63,594 nt of DNA, filler included, from Salisapilia sapeloensis CBS 127946 (GCA_023334545.1; 15 parts of 15 records of this genome joined end to end with filler, not necessarily neighbours in it); one strand, 5' to 3'. Shown: positions 11,973-23,817, numbered from the whole stretch's first letter. The notes: a model not told the origin generated them from the letters alone. Program-made: numbers and translations.

Positions 11973-13628
11973 ATACTCGCATCCAAGCTTGACATGATGC
12001 TAACTGAACCTCATTGTGAAACTGAACGTGAACTATTTCTACCTGATCAACGGTTCTTTCCTCCGATTATAGGGTCCAGCCTAGCGCAATCGTTCAATCT
12101 GCCTGCTCGAGTTCTATGGACGGATGGTGGAACTAAAAGATGCCTTTGGTCGATGATGGTTGAGTTGACAATTGGTCTTGGTGCGACTCCCAGTGACCTC
12201 ATACTATCGCCGATCCGACTGACAGTACTCAACGATGTATCACTCAAACCCATTTATTTCGTGAACACAGCGAGCCAAAGCTCCATCCTGGTGGTCGACT
12301 AATACCTTGTGCATCAAGTGAAGCATTAAGACAAATTATGAATGATAAAGGCGGACGATATGATATTCGACTGAGTCAATGGACACCGGGGTGGTACACT
12401 GCAAAACTTACGTTTCGACTTCAAAAGCCTAGTTTACTGGTAAACCAGCTCGCAGAACCATCATTATGTCGCGAATGGTGGGAGGATACAATTGCAGATA
12501 TTAAATTGCAGGGAGCTCAACCTACAGTTGACGTCTACTGGGTTACCACAGATGCACTTCAACCAGGTATACGTGCCGTCGAGGAACTACTGCCAACTTG
12601 GATGCTAGAGATACCACCAGGGTCATTGAAAATGCCAACCGATAGATCAATTTATCAAGCGGCATACATCAAATTTAAGGAAGTATTCTCGACGAATCCG
12701 GATACTATTAAAGTTGGGTACATCTCTCTTCGCTCATCGGACGTTCAGTATCACGCACGAGCTATGCAAGTATTAACGTCCAGCTTGATACGGGATTTTA
12801 GTACTTCCTGGATTCGATATGGATTTACGAGCCAGATAGATCCGTTTACTGCACTTCCACATCCACTTTTTAACCTTACAGAGCGGAGGATGTTCCAGCC
12901 TGCACCTCGTGCACTCTCTGTCCTCGGTACTTTTGCGAATCAATTTCCGGCGGTATATGACGCTCCTGTGGGGTGGAAAAAGTTTCCTACTATGACCGAA
13001 GACACGCAATCCTGGTGTCGGGCCATGCCGTATACACATAAAGGAGTCAAAGTTCTGCACACGCGGTTATTCACACGTCATTGGGAAATACTTCGCCGCT
13101 ATTGAAATATGTCGTGTCAACGTACGATCGAAATAATCGAAGATAACGCTCTCATGTCACTCCACGAGGACGTGAATACAAGCATTCGAAGTAGGGTACA
13201 AGAATGTGACTATATAGCAGGGTCGAGTCAATAAAAGCGGATATCTTCGGCCTTAGAAAGATTATCTGTACGATTGGCTTCATGGCATCACGAGCGCGAA
13301 AATGCTAGACAACGTGAACGTCTATTTTTCAGTGTGCCTCTGCTAACAGCTCCCGGTGCAAGTACGATCCCTCCTTCACCGCTTCCCCCTCCGGAACCTC
13401 CTGATCACACTGGACGCATGACGCCAACCTCCAACTGATAACTGTCTTCTTCTGCCCTGGGTTGCCCCGGTTCGCCCCACCAGATTGCCGACTCGCTTGT
13501 CTTTCCTTTCATTTTCTATTCAGTTTCACAAGATGTAGTTGTTCTTTTCAGCTTCGGGCGCAAGATGGGCAAATGCTCATCTGAGTCCTGGGCTCCTACC
13601 ACAGGGTTGTCTCCGGACTGCTCTGTAG

Positions 13629-14237
13629 TTAACGCCGCTGCTTCGCGCGGTGTTGGGTGTAGTTAGCCGACATAACTTCATAAATAAATAGCTCATGTGA
13701 ACTTCTCTCCAGAGCTGCCAGTGTCTTGACCGTGGCTAGGCCAGTCCTCCACAGAGATGAATTGAGCAATAGCGATCCGGTGAGATTGAAGCCAGCTTGG
13801 AGCAAAAGTCGATGACCAGGATGCGAAGTTGGAAGGCCTCGGCAAAGCATTTCAACCACACGTTGTGAGGTTGCAGAACAGCCCATTGACCATGCGCGAA
13901 CCGTACTCGTGGCTAACGTGAGAAGCTCAATATCAAGATTTGGTATACCGATTCCGCCCGAAGAAATAGAAATAGGCAAGCGAGCAATAGCAGAAGCGAC
14001 CCATGCCCGCTTAACTGCATGTCAACGACGAAAGATCCCTCTCCAGGTATATAGAATGTTCGTATAGCATTGTCGTAGGCGATAATGCATTCGAGCCATT
14101 TGGGCACTTTCATTTATCAGTGAATCATCATTAAAGTGGTCTGTTCTCCATCGCCAGATCGCATGGAGCATTTTTGCTGCTCGGCCCGCCCAGCATTTGT
14201 CTAGAATGGACGTGACCAGAAGTGAAGACATGGTCAC
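13629..14237 (-). pseudogene. Second non-LTR (L1/Tx1-like) RT thumb fragment, opposite strand
   Basis: PISISSGGIGIPNLDIELLTL is the conserved LP...GGLG.P.L motif that follows the RT core. Upstream frames are broken. Confidence 0.55.
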
Positions 14238-14428
14238 TTGGAAGAGCAGTGTGCGATGATCCTCTTGGGAAGTTTAATCGAGTTAGAAGAAGCTATCAGA
14301 AACAAAATATTCAAACGGTAGTTTTTGACCGACCATTTCATTTTTCTGGCACTCACAACGATATTCGCAGGCCAACACACGAGCGCTCTTGTTCCAATTG
14401 AAGGCTGCAACATTGCCGTTTGTAGAAG

Positions 14429-15163
14429 ATGACAGAGATTACACCACCTTTTCTCGTCCTTGCCGGCGACAAGCAGCCCGATGAAGAGACTGTAGTTGCT
14501 CTGGCACTGGAAATTACCGCTGCTAGTGATGGTGCAGCTCGAACGAGTACGTTTTGCTTGGACACGAACAATGAGGCGTTAAGTTGCCGCGGTAATGTCT
14601 ACCGATCGACAGGAAGCAAGCTCTGTTTCTGCGCCCATGAGCTCACAGGGCTCATTATTGGCATGGATCGCTATTGGCGTGTGCGGAGAGTCTACGACGC
14701 TGTACACCAAGATGAGCAACTCCAACATCTTTTTCACGATCGGAGCCACCTGCAGCTGCAGCGTATGTGGCGATTGCTCTCAAAGCGACATACTGACCTT
14801 AATGCATACGAAGTCAGTCGGTCCAAAGCGTTTACTCGAAAACCATTCAGCGATGACGAACTGCAGGCTCTTATTGATGGCTACCAAAAGTATTCCAATT
14901 CCAACGCTAAATGCATTAAGATCCTTCAAGACCCGGAATTTAAAGAAAGACTAAAAGATCGGAGCACCGCACAAATCAAATTGAAATTTAACGCTTTCAA
15001 AGCTTCAGGCAAACTCGGCAAAACGAAGGCTAGCCAGAACGAAGAGCAAAGCGGCAACGAGGAAGGTTGCCCATCTACTCACCAGGAAGATCAGCATCAG
15101 CCTCCAGTGGCACATCTGCAACAGCAGCAGACGCTTCAGGCGGAGGGACAGAGAACGATCGAG
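14429..15163 (+). CDS. Protein with two tandem TRF/telobox-like Myb repeats (3' truncated by contig end)
   Basis: Repeat 1: FCAHELTGLIIGMDRY...LFHDRSHLQLQRMWRLL. Repeat 2: KPFSDDELQALIDGYQKY...ILQDPEFKERLKDRSTAQIKLKF. Confidence 0.6.
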
Positions 15164-15263
15164 NNNNNNNNNNNNNNNNNNNNNNNNNNNNNNNNNNNNN
15201 NNNNNNNTTAATTAATTAANNNNNNNNNNNNNNNNNNNNNNNNNNNNNNNNNNNNNNNNNNNN
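15164..15263. other. Artificial contig-joining linker (first of 14)
   Basis: 44 N + TTAATTAATTAA (stops in all six frames) + 44 N. Identical linkers at 16970-17069, 23577-23676, 25462-25561, 28261-28360, 32286-32385, 35416-35515, 45612-45711, 46818-46917, 48792-48891, 53214-53313, 54825-54924, 58348-58447 and 61399-61498. Adjacency across linkers has no biological meaning. Confidence 0.98.
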
Positions 15264-16816
15264 CCAAACCGGAAACAGTGAAGGCTGTAGCAACGTTGGG
15301 AAGAGCTTCGGCATTGCTCTTGGCCTCATTCCGGAAATCGGTGGAATCGTCAGTGCCACTGTCGCGATCCAGTGTCTGTTCGAATGAGCGATGCTGTCTG
15401 GTCTCCAGGAACGTTAGGATGATTCGGATGAAGCTTGAGAGCTATTGTTGATTCTTGAACACTAATTCCTGCATGAAAATTTGACCTTTTTCTCTCGATA
15501 CTATTTCATATTTGTCGACACGTCTTCACTCAAAGCAAGTGCCTTCCCTCGTGTCGCCCACACAGCAGGTGCCTACCACATCGCAAATGTTGAGTTCTAT
15601 GACTCGCGTCGCCGTGGCCTCGCTGTCTTCCATCGGTGTCACGCCACCCACCGCCTCGAGATAGCGGAGCGTTGGCGCTGTGGATGGCAATGGAGCACTC
15701 GCCGAAGCACCGGCGGCGAGTACAGCCAGACATGCGACGACAGCAGTAGCAGCAGCAGACTTGATGACGACTGGGTCGACGAAAACACGTGGACGTAGAA
15801 GTGAGGGAGGCAACTTGAGCTGCTGGTTGCGAGATAGAGAGTGGGGAATAGAATTCCGCTCTCCGTGGCACCTAGCGAGTGGTCCGCTTGGCTCATGTAA
15901 CTCGCTCGGCCCCAGCGGAGGGTGTGGCCAGGCGCGTTGACTGTGCATTGGCTGGGGTGGTTGCATCAGGACACGATTGGAGTGACTCGACCACGATGCT
16001 GGTTGGCGTAACTTGACCCAGATGGATTGACCGGAGTCCTGGAGCTTATCAACTCGAAAGCCCCACCCTTCCCATCAAGACGAGTCGCCTCGGTGTTGGC
16101 CACTGTGACGGGCGAGCGAGAAAACCGGGAGGCTGCGTGGATCGTGGCAGCTCCTCCGCCGATCTGGATGCGCGTGGAAACGTCACACGACGCAAGGAGG
16201 GGTGCGTCACACGCTATGAGGTCGGCATACGTGGCGAATGGTGGCAACTGGTGGCGAGTTGCAGCGAGTGGAGGCAAGTCGCGTCGAGAAGCGCGTGGCG
16301 TGGATGCGAGTCGCGGGCAAAGAGGGCCATCGGAGCTGTCCAAGCTGTCGGAATTGGTCGACTCGTCCGATGTGGCGGTCCGAATTGGTTGCGTTGGTCG
16401 GATTCAATGGTTCGACTTGGTTGGCCACGTCTCTAGAATTGGCGGTGACAGGCCGTAGTAGCAGCAGTGAGTTGCACTGGCTACGAGTGCTGCTGCCGCA
16501 TGTTGTCCTCATCAGCACCCAGGGTGATAAGGATGAATAACATCGTCTCTCCGACTACATTTTGTTTTTGTATTACTAGTGTGCGTAAGTATCATCGAAT
16601 CAAATTCGTATCTGAATTTTAACCAATTACACGTTGTCATGACGGGGTATTTCAACGAATGGGAACGAGTAAAAATGCACTGATCGGAATTGCATTAATA
16701 TCGACGTATTTGGCCGGAACCAAGCCGCAGATATGAATACCGGTATGCAAACCGTCTCTCAGCCATGTATCACTCGCATATTTACCCGCTCTCCGACCAA
16801 GAACGATGAGTCTCAG

Positions 16817-16969
16817 GTGCCACGCGTCAGACGCCTGCTGCGACGATCATCAAGTATCTGTTAGAGGAGAAGGCCCAAGTGTCCGTGTACGACCCCAAGG
16901 TCAAGGTTGAGGACATGATGTCGGAGCTCAAGGAGCACGGCGTGTCGCCACAGACGCATCCGTGGATGG
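16817..16969 (+). CDS. UGDH: UDP-glucose 6-dehydrogenase C-terminal domain fragment (exon at contig end)
   Basis: TRQTPAATIIKYLLEEKAQVSVYDPKVKVEDM matches the UGDH UDP-binding domain pattern (TRE.PA.....LL.E.A.V..YDP.V). No upstream part was recognised, so it could be a pseudogene fragment. Confidence 0.6.
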
Positions 16970-17069
16970 NNNNNNNNNNNNNNNNNNNNNNNNNNNNNNN
17001 NNNNNNNNNNNNNTTAATTAATTAANNNNNNNNNNNNNNNNNNNNNNNNNNNNNNNNNNNNNNNNNNNN

Positions 17070-17210
17070 TACGCATCCACGCAGTCATCTCGAGCCTTGC
17101 ACAGCTTTGTATCCGACGGACACTCGACGGCCGGATCGAACTCTCGCTTGCATACTTCGCACCTGTTTCCACCCATAGCTTTGTCGTTACATTCTCCATT
17201 GCCATACGCA
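17070..17210. repeat. Contig-terminal inverted repeat, left arm (partner 23436-23576)
   Basis: Exact reverse complement of 23436-23576 for 141 nt; mismatch at position 142. Confidence 0.97.
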
Positions 17211-18469
17211 GCCGCCAAGATGACTGGTAACAAGTTGCCTTCCACCAGTCGTTATTAATGCAGCGTACGCGTCCTTGTACACATATCATTCCATCAACCT
17301 AATCCTGGTGTGCAGGATGTGTTTGCTGATAGATTGTTCAGGATAGAAGACCTTTGCTGATTGAAGATTGTAGATGCCTTTGTGTGCAAGGAGCCTAGGA
17401 TAACGTAGAGTTGACATCAATGCTTTATTGTTTAAAGCGCTTTTGCGTCTATTTGTGAAAGATTGCCCAAGTTTCCACTGCTACGTCTGGAGAAGAGCAA
17501 GAATGACAGGCTGTTTGGTTTTGCATAGAAAATGACATGCACATCTTGCGCGATAGCACGGATCGTATCTGCACTATCGCTGCGCTGGGGCAGCTGGAGC
17601 CACCTGTAGAAGTTATTCAAGATGTGGACAAGGCGTGTGCCAACGCCGATAGGCTAGGAAGGTGCAATGACAAGCCTCCTACGTGCATCGACATATCAGT
17701 CTTGCGCTGTTGGATGTTTTGATGCGACGATCATTCCATTGTGGATGCACCGAGAGTGCAAAGAGCGTATCTCTCCTAGACATCGCAACGTCGTATGCAG
17801 GGACAATCAGTATAAAATGGGCATCCCATTCCTCTCAGCACGACGCCTTTAATCGCCGACGTCCTGCCTCAGCTTTGAGACAGTGCACGATCATAAATTT
17901 CCTATTTAAAGGCAGCCACGTGCACCCCGTACAGACTGCTGGACGACTTGCGTGTCGTTCGTGTAAGAATGAGAAACAAAAGTAATCAACTGTCACATGA
18001 TACGGATGCACTCGGATTTCCCGTGCTCTATAAATCCATCGATACCAATGTAAAAGAACCAACATTTCGATAAAGCTGCACGCCATGTTCACTTTAACAA
18101 TATTGCACTTCCTCCAATTCAACGAACGAATGCTCAGGCACGTGTGGCTAGGCGAGGATCAGCAGTGATTAGCCGGATTAATTGCACTTTATATTTCGAA
18201 CCATACAAATCCCACGAGACCAGAATATCGACAACACGTTTCCTAATGATCTCAGCTCGTACCAATATCCTGAAGCATACAAACAGTCATATTAAGACGC
18301 TGTCAAATCCAGTCTCGACTCCACTGGCCGGTCTCATCCCATCCGTGCCCGGCTCATTTGTTGGACTTGTAAATTGTAGGAGGCAGGGAGCCGTTTTAAT
18401 CAGCGTACCAGAAGCAGTCATTTCGAAATTTGCCTGACCCATCCAACATCCAGCTCACAAGAACGATTC

Positions 18470-19372
18470 ATGATCGACATGGCGTGCACACAATCAGAAG
18501 CGCCACGTACACCGACGTCTTCCAAGCAGAATGATACAATCGCCATTTCTATTTGCGGCCAAGAAACTCCAATCATGCTCCCACGTAACCACGAGATCGT
18601 ACGAAATCTCCAACAATACATACCGGCATCTTCCACGGCTTCGTCGACGGCATCCTACTCGCCTAGATCCGACGCTTCATCCTCCGATAAGGAAGCAATC
18701 TCGGCTCTACAAACGCTGTCTGCCAAACCGTCTTCCGATTTAACGTCGACGACCCGGCGGCGTCGACGCCGTGGTGTGAACGGCAGTGGTAAAAAATGCA
18801 AAGTCGACGATTGCGATAAAATTTCGGTCAGTCGAGGACTTTGTCGAGGCCATGGAGGTGGCCGTCGGTGCCAGCACCCACAGTGTTCCAAGGGGGCGCA
18901 GAGCCGGAGTGACTTTTGCTGGGCGCACGGTGGCGGCCAAAGATGCGAAGTACCGCACTGCATGCGAAGTCGAAAGAGCAAACGTTTTTGCGTCGCCCAT
19001 TTGAGTTGGGAAAGCCAGACCCCGTACTCGACGACAAACGCGTCCCGGTATCCGCTTTCCACTAGTTCTCCTCAGTTCTCGCAGCTTTCGTCTGCAATGG
19101 GGAACGCCATGTTCCCATCGAGCTCTTCCTTCACTTCAAGCACCCAAGTATCGTTAGCGCCATTGGTGCCTGGATCGATTCCAACACCGCCGACACAGCA
19201 AACGTGTTGGACCGAGCCGAGAGCGATTTTACCGAAACTGGACATTTCGGATCATGCTAGCAACCGACTGCCGAGCCTGCAGCAAGCTTTAAGAAAGAAC
19301 CAGTGTGCAGAATCTGAGAAGAGCATGCAGTCCTCTTCGTCAATCTATGCGAGCGGGATGCACATATACTAA
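18470..19372 (+). CDS. WRKY19-like Cys/His repeat (Cx4C...C..HGGG) zinc-finger protein, oomycete-expanded family
   Basis: KCKVDDCDKISVSRGLCRGHGGGRRCQHPQCSKGAQSRSDFCWAHGGGQRCEVPHC...FCVAH, in an intact 300-aa ORF with Ser-rich flanks. Confidence 0.85.
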   Translation: MIDMACTQSEAPRTPTSSKQNDTIAISICGQETPIMLPRNHEIVRNLQQYIPASSTASSTASYSPRSDASSSDKEAISALQTLSAKPSSDLTSTTRRRRRRGVNGSGKKCKVDDCDKISVSRGLCRGHGGGRRCQHPQCSKGAQSRSDFCWAHGGGQRCEVPHCMRSRKSKRFCVAHLSWESQTPYSTTNASRYPLSTSSPQFSQLSSAMGNAMFPSSSSFTSSTQVSLAPLVPGSIPTPPTQQTCWTEPRAILPKLDISDHASNRLPSLQQALRKNQCAESEKSMQSSSSIYASGMHIY

Positions 19373-20286
19373 GCTATTAATACCAGAAGCACTCTTTTAT
19401 ACTATATCACTTTCATCTTCCTTTCTATCATTCTTTATACAAGTTCATCTTTCAGTACATAAGAAGCAGTAACAGTCGTAAAATAGATAGTAAAGGAATT
19501 TTATGCGACGACTAACGATTATGCGGTAGATGCCGGCAGAATCATCCATCACCGATCTATAATCCTTTATCTTCGTGTACTTGGAAGCATAGTCTAGCAT
19601 TTTCAGGAAGCCTGGTGTATGGAAATTATTCATATAGTCTATAGTTCCTGTTAAAAGAAATGTCTTCATGTCTTCAGTGCTCGAGTAGTTAAAAGGAAAC
19701 GCTAGAATGCAAAAGGCCAATATTGAAACACGACGGGAAATCAATATAGCTATAGTCAATCTATAGCTTCAAATAAAAGAAAAATCGAATTTATCATCAT
19801 ACATTTTCCTAAGAAAAATAAGCATGTAATACAACGTAATTAGATGCTTCAAAGGTGATTATGCTCCCTATCTACATTGGGATGCCGATTGTCTAGTGTA
19901 TCCGTTGTTGAATCTTCATCAGGCGTAAAAGGGAAGCAAACCCAGGTTTGCATTACGTACAAGCATAGAGTGCGATCATGTTGTGTAGCCTCTCATGGGA
20001 TATACACCCACTTCATAGTCTCAGAGGTAGATACCACTCTCGCTCAGCAACTGGTACATCTGCAGAGTCGGTAGACAACTCAAGTTGGCATCCCACTATC
20101 GCTCTCTTGCGCCTGATCGTATCAGTGCGTACCTTCACCACGCAATGTTTTTCAACGCCTACGCTTCTGATCTCTGATGTCACGGCTCCTGTGCCGAATC
20201 TACTATTGTCTATATTAGGGCCATCCTTTTGGTCAATGAAACGACATTTAAAGTCATCGTTTCATTCGAGCATTTTCGAAGCAGGC

Positions 20287-22625
20287 ATGAGACTCCTACT
20301 CGTCATACCTTTACTCTTACCCATTTCTCAAGCACACAAATACCTTTCGACGAAATCAAACGTACGCCCATGGGTCGATGTCGATACACCAAGTGACCGT
20401 CAAACGGTTCGGAGTTCTCGAGGCCAGATATGGGAACTAGTCATGAGTGACGAGTTCAATCAACCTAATCGATCTTTTGCACCTGGAGACGATCATCTAT
20501 GGACAGCACTAGATCTTCCGGACGGTGTCAATGCAGCTCTTGAATACTATTCACCTAACATGACGACAACACTCAAAGACAAAGCCGACACGGACGACGA
20601 TGATAACGGTGTTTTCCAAATCGAGATCCGCAATGACGAGAATATTACTTTTAATGTATTCAACGCGTATACGCGTCCACCAGGCTTTGAAGATCACTCG
20701 ATGTACTACCGAAGTGGGATGGTCCAATCTTGGAACAAGTTCTGCTTCCAAGGTGGAAGGATGGAGGTGCGAGCTCAATTGCCTGGAGCAGTATCTAAAG
20801 CGTCGCAAAATCCAGATCTAGACAATGGAGATGAGTACAAGCGCGTAGAGGAGTTGTCATACTATCCGACTTGGCCAGGTATTTGGTTGCTTGGTAACTT
20901 GGGCAGAGCGTTGTTTACTGGAAGTACCAATCGCATGTGGCCTTGGAGCTACAACGAGTGTGATGATACGCATGCTCCAAATCAAAGAATTAACGCTTGC
21001 AATAGCAAACCTGGGTTTGGCTTGAACAAAAATCAAGGAAGAGGAGCACCGGAAATTGATATTTTGGAAGGTGGTGGGACGGATGTCAGTACGTCTATCC
21101 AAATTGCTCCAGGAATGCACGAAGACTTTCGAATGTTTAAACCAGACGATGACAAGGACAACCCCTACTGCTTTTACAGTGGCAACTGTGATACAAAAGG
21201 AGCCAACTATCTAAACGCCCCCACATCTACGTATGAAAGTCGAGGTCACAAGAGTTGGTATCAAGGTCTTCGCTATGCTCCGAATGGGGCTTGTACTTCC
21301 AGATCGTCTTTAAAGCAGGATTACGCAGCAGTTAAAAAGAGTGTAGAGAGTGGTATCAAAAGTAACACTTGCGAAGGCTTAAACACTTGTCCGGCTAGCT
21401 ACGACGGGTACTCGGACCTTGGTCTTGTCGACGGAAAAGGAAGCAACCACTGGGGAGTAAACTTTAATGGCGGGTGCATGCCCAAGATCAATTCGTACAT
21501 GGGATCTTTCCTCTGTGATCCTGACAATACGGATCAGCGATGTGCAGAGCCTAGGAAAGAAGGAAACCAGAAAACAGACATTATGGAGCCTTTCAAGTAT
21601 CAGATGGATGCCATCTCGGCTAATAGTGGTCTTCCTGTCAAGGCATACACTGGATACCTCAACTACCAGCTCGAGTGGGTCACTGGCAAAGACGGGTACG
21701 TTTCCTTTAGTTTGTGGTAACCTTGAAAATCTTCTTACGTCATTGATGTAGTTGGGTGCGATGGGAAGTCGATGGAAGAGTGGTGTTTGAGATCACGAGT
21801 GCATCGATTGAGAAGGTGCCGCAGGATGACAAGAACAGAAACCCGTCAAAAGTATTCCCGGAGGAGCCTCTATACGTCATTTTTAACGTTGCGCTATCAA
21901 CTAGTTGGGGTTCGAAGCCTCCTAATCCTGGTAAACCTTGTCATGGTGACAGAGGGGATGCAAAAACGAACCGCATTTGTGACGAGTTTCCCATGTACAT
22001 GAAAGTGGACTTCATTCGGTTGTATCAGGATGTGACCGAAGGTTCTAGCATGTCTGTCGGATGTGACCCTTCCACTCATCCAACGAAGGAGTGGATTCTT
22101 GGTCATCTCGATGAGTACGAGAATATTGACAATCCGATTGTCGACGTCGTTGGCGGCGCGTCATGCAAATCTCATGACGATTGCTCTGTTGGTTCGGTGG
22201 GAGCAGCGACGATTGTGACCGGACGATGTGACGAAGATACACATCGGTGCCGCTGTTTAACACCAAACTCGTGGGGCGGACCGAGATGTACTCTGGCCTA
22301 TAGCAATGAAATCGAAGAAGGTAAAGTCAGCGGATATGGCCCGGGATTGGAGCTAGCGCTGCCGTTCGCAGTCTTGGCCCTAGGAGTTATGGGTTTGGTA
22401 GCATACAAAATTGTAAAGAGAAGACGCGAGCAGAGACAGATAGCGAAAGAGGCGGAGGCAGTTCTAGCTCGTCAGATGGAGATTGAAAATTCGGCTCGAA
22501 AGCTTGCACTCGGAGGGGATGAAGTGAGCGGATATGTTGAGCCATCTCCCCGCTTTCCTACGTTGGAGCCACCGATTGCAACTGGCTCACGCGAGGATCG
22601 AGCAGTAAATGACAGATTCCTATGA
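20287..22625 (+). CDS. SKN1/KRE6-family beta-glucan synthesis-associated protein (GH16-like), two exons
   Basis: Signal peptide MRLLLVIPLLLPISQA; WELVMSDEF, YRSGMVQSWNKFCFQGG, WPGIWLLGNLGRA, GRGAPEIDILE, PEEPLYVIFNVALS; C-terminal TM helix. Intron 21696-21751 (GTACGT...TAG) restores KDGWVRWEVDG. Confidence 0.92.
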
Positions 22626-23435
22626 AGATGGTGGATACTTGGACATATTTTCGAATAGAAGCAATTGAGCATGAACTTTGGTTTCACACTCGACAGCGTA
22701 AATCCTTATTGGCTTTTTATGACATCCAAATTTGATGTAAGTATATCTAGATTAGGCGCTTGCGAAAGCATGCCATGCAGCTACTTGGCTATTTATCTCT
22801 TCCAAGGCATGCTCTTCAGTGAATACCATCGATATTAGATAGCATAATACTCTTCTACTGTCCTGCACCGCTCTATATCATAGCCTTCCTAGTAGCTCAT
22901 TTGTCGTGTCAAAGTATCTTTTGTCTCAGTTGATAGCGAGTATGCTTCTACTTCATTGGGATTGGGATGAGGAATCTTATGATGGACAGGTATGTTGTAT
23001 TAATAATAACAGGTGGAAGTCAATTGGCTCGGAGGAAGTAGACAGGAATGGGGAAAAAGTGTCGGCATACGCTCCAGGCGGTGAATCTATCGCACTACCG
23101 ACGCGGTCTTAAGGACCAGTCGACCGTTCAATGCAAGGTAGTGAATGCATGTATATGTTGATATGCATTTGTAGATGCTGAGTTGGAACGTGGAGATAGC
23201 TATGTCCATCAGCGACGGCGTGTGACGAGCCACAGCCCGAGTCTCTGGTAGCGTGTTTGAGCTGTGGAGAGGCCTTGTGCCTCTCGTCGTCCCACTTTTC
23301 CCAGCACCTTAAGTACGTACTATTTAGTCAAAAAATCTTGCATCCGTCGCTCATGTGAGACCAGGTCCCATCCGAAGCATTTTGCCGGACTGCAGCTCAA
23401 GCACCAGACGTTCTGGTACGATTCTTCCTGATGAA

Positions 23436-23576
23436 TGCGTATGGCAATGGAGAATGTAACGACAAAGCTATGGGTGGAAACAGGTGCGAAGTATGCAAGC
23501 GAGAGTTCGATCCGGCCGTCGAGTGTCCGTCGGATACAAAGCTGTGCAAGGCTCGAGATGACTGCGTGGATGCGTA
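23436..23576. repeat. Contig-terminal inverted repeat, right arm (partner 17070-17210)
   Basis: Exact 141-nt reverse complement of the contig start. Confidence 0.97.
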
Positions 23577-23676
23577 NNNNNNNNNNNNNNNNNNNNNNNN
23601 NNNNNNNNNNNNNNNNNNNNTTAATTAATTAANNNNNNNNNNNNNNNNNNNNNNNNNNNNNNNNNNNNNNNNNNNN

Positions 23677-23817
23677 GACTCGTCAAGCTGAAGGCCGAGA
23701 GTACGTCTGCTTTGGCGAGAGCATGATATTCGCGTCCTCGTCTTGTGGCGATGGCATTGCCAGTAGCCGCCTCGCAATGCGCGCAGGCCTCTAAAGTGCT
23801 ATGTGCCGGCTTGCAGG
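23677..23817. repeat. Contig-terminal inverted repeat, left arm (partner 25321-25461)
   Basis: Exact 141-nt reverse complement of 25321-25461; the arms diverge immediately afterwards. Confidence 0.97.

Larger units (their letters stand above)
5608..13438 (+). mobile_element. Decayed non-LTR retrotransposon (LINE) with an unusually long ORF2
   Basis: ORF1-like region (RRM-like + CCHC), then APE, RT, RNase H and a CCHC finger in one orientation. The frame is largely recoverable by reading through stops, with a few frameshifts (about 9670 and 12270). It ends ...PPPEPPDHTGRMTPTSN* at 13438. No poly(A) tail or TSD was found, so the boundaries are approximate. Confidence 0.88.

Noticed and set aside
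6350-13240. RIP-like mutation, since many LINE stops look derived from CAA/CAG/CGA/TGG
   Set aside because: Those are the only codons that reach a stop by a transition, so the pattern is expected under ordinary decay. A test needs a consensus alignment.
15208-15219. Recurrent TTAATTAATTAA palindrome, and ORFs that run through X residues
   Set aside because: It is part of an artificial linker; ORFs crossing it (for example those ending in LIN) are artefacts.
15481-16540. Cluster of overlapping 85-146 aa ORFs in GC-rich sequence
   Set aside because: No recognisable domain; the open frames are explained by high GC and low-complexity GCGAGT-type sequence.
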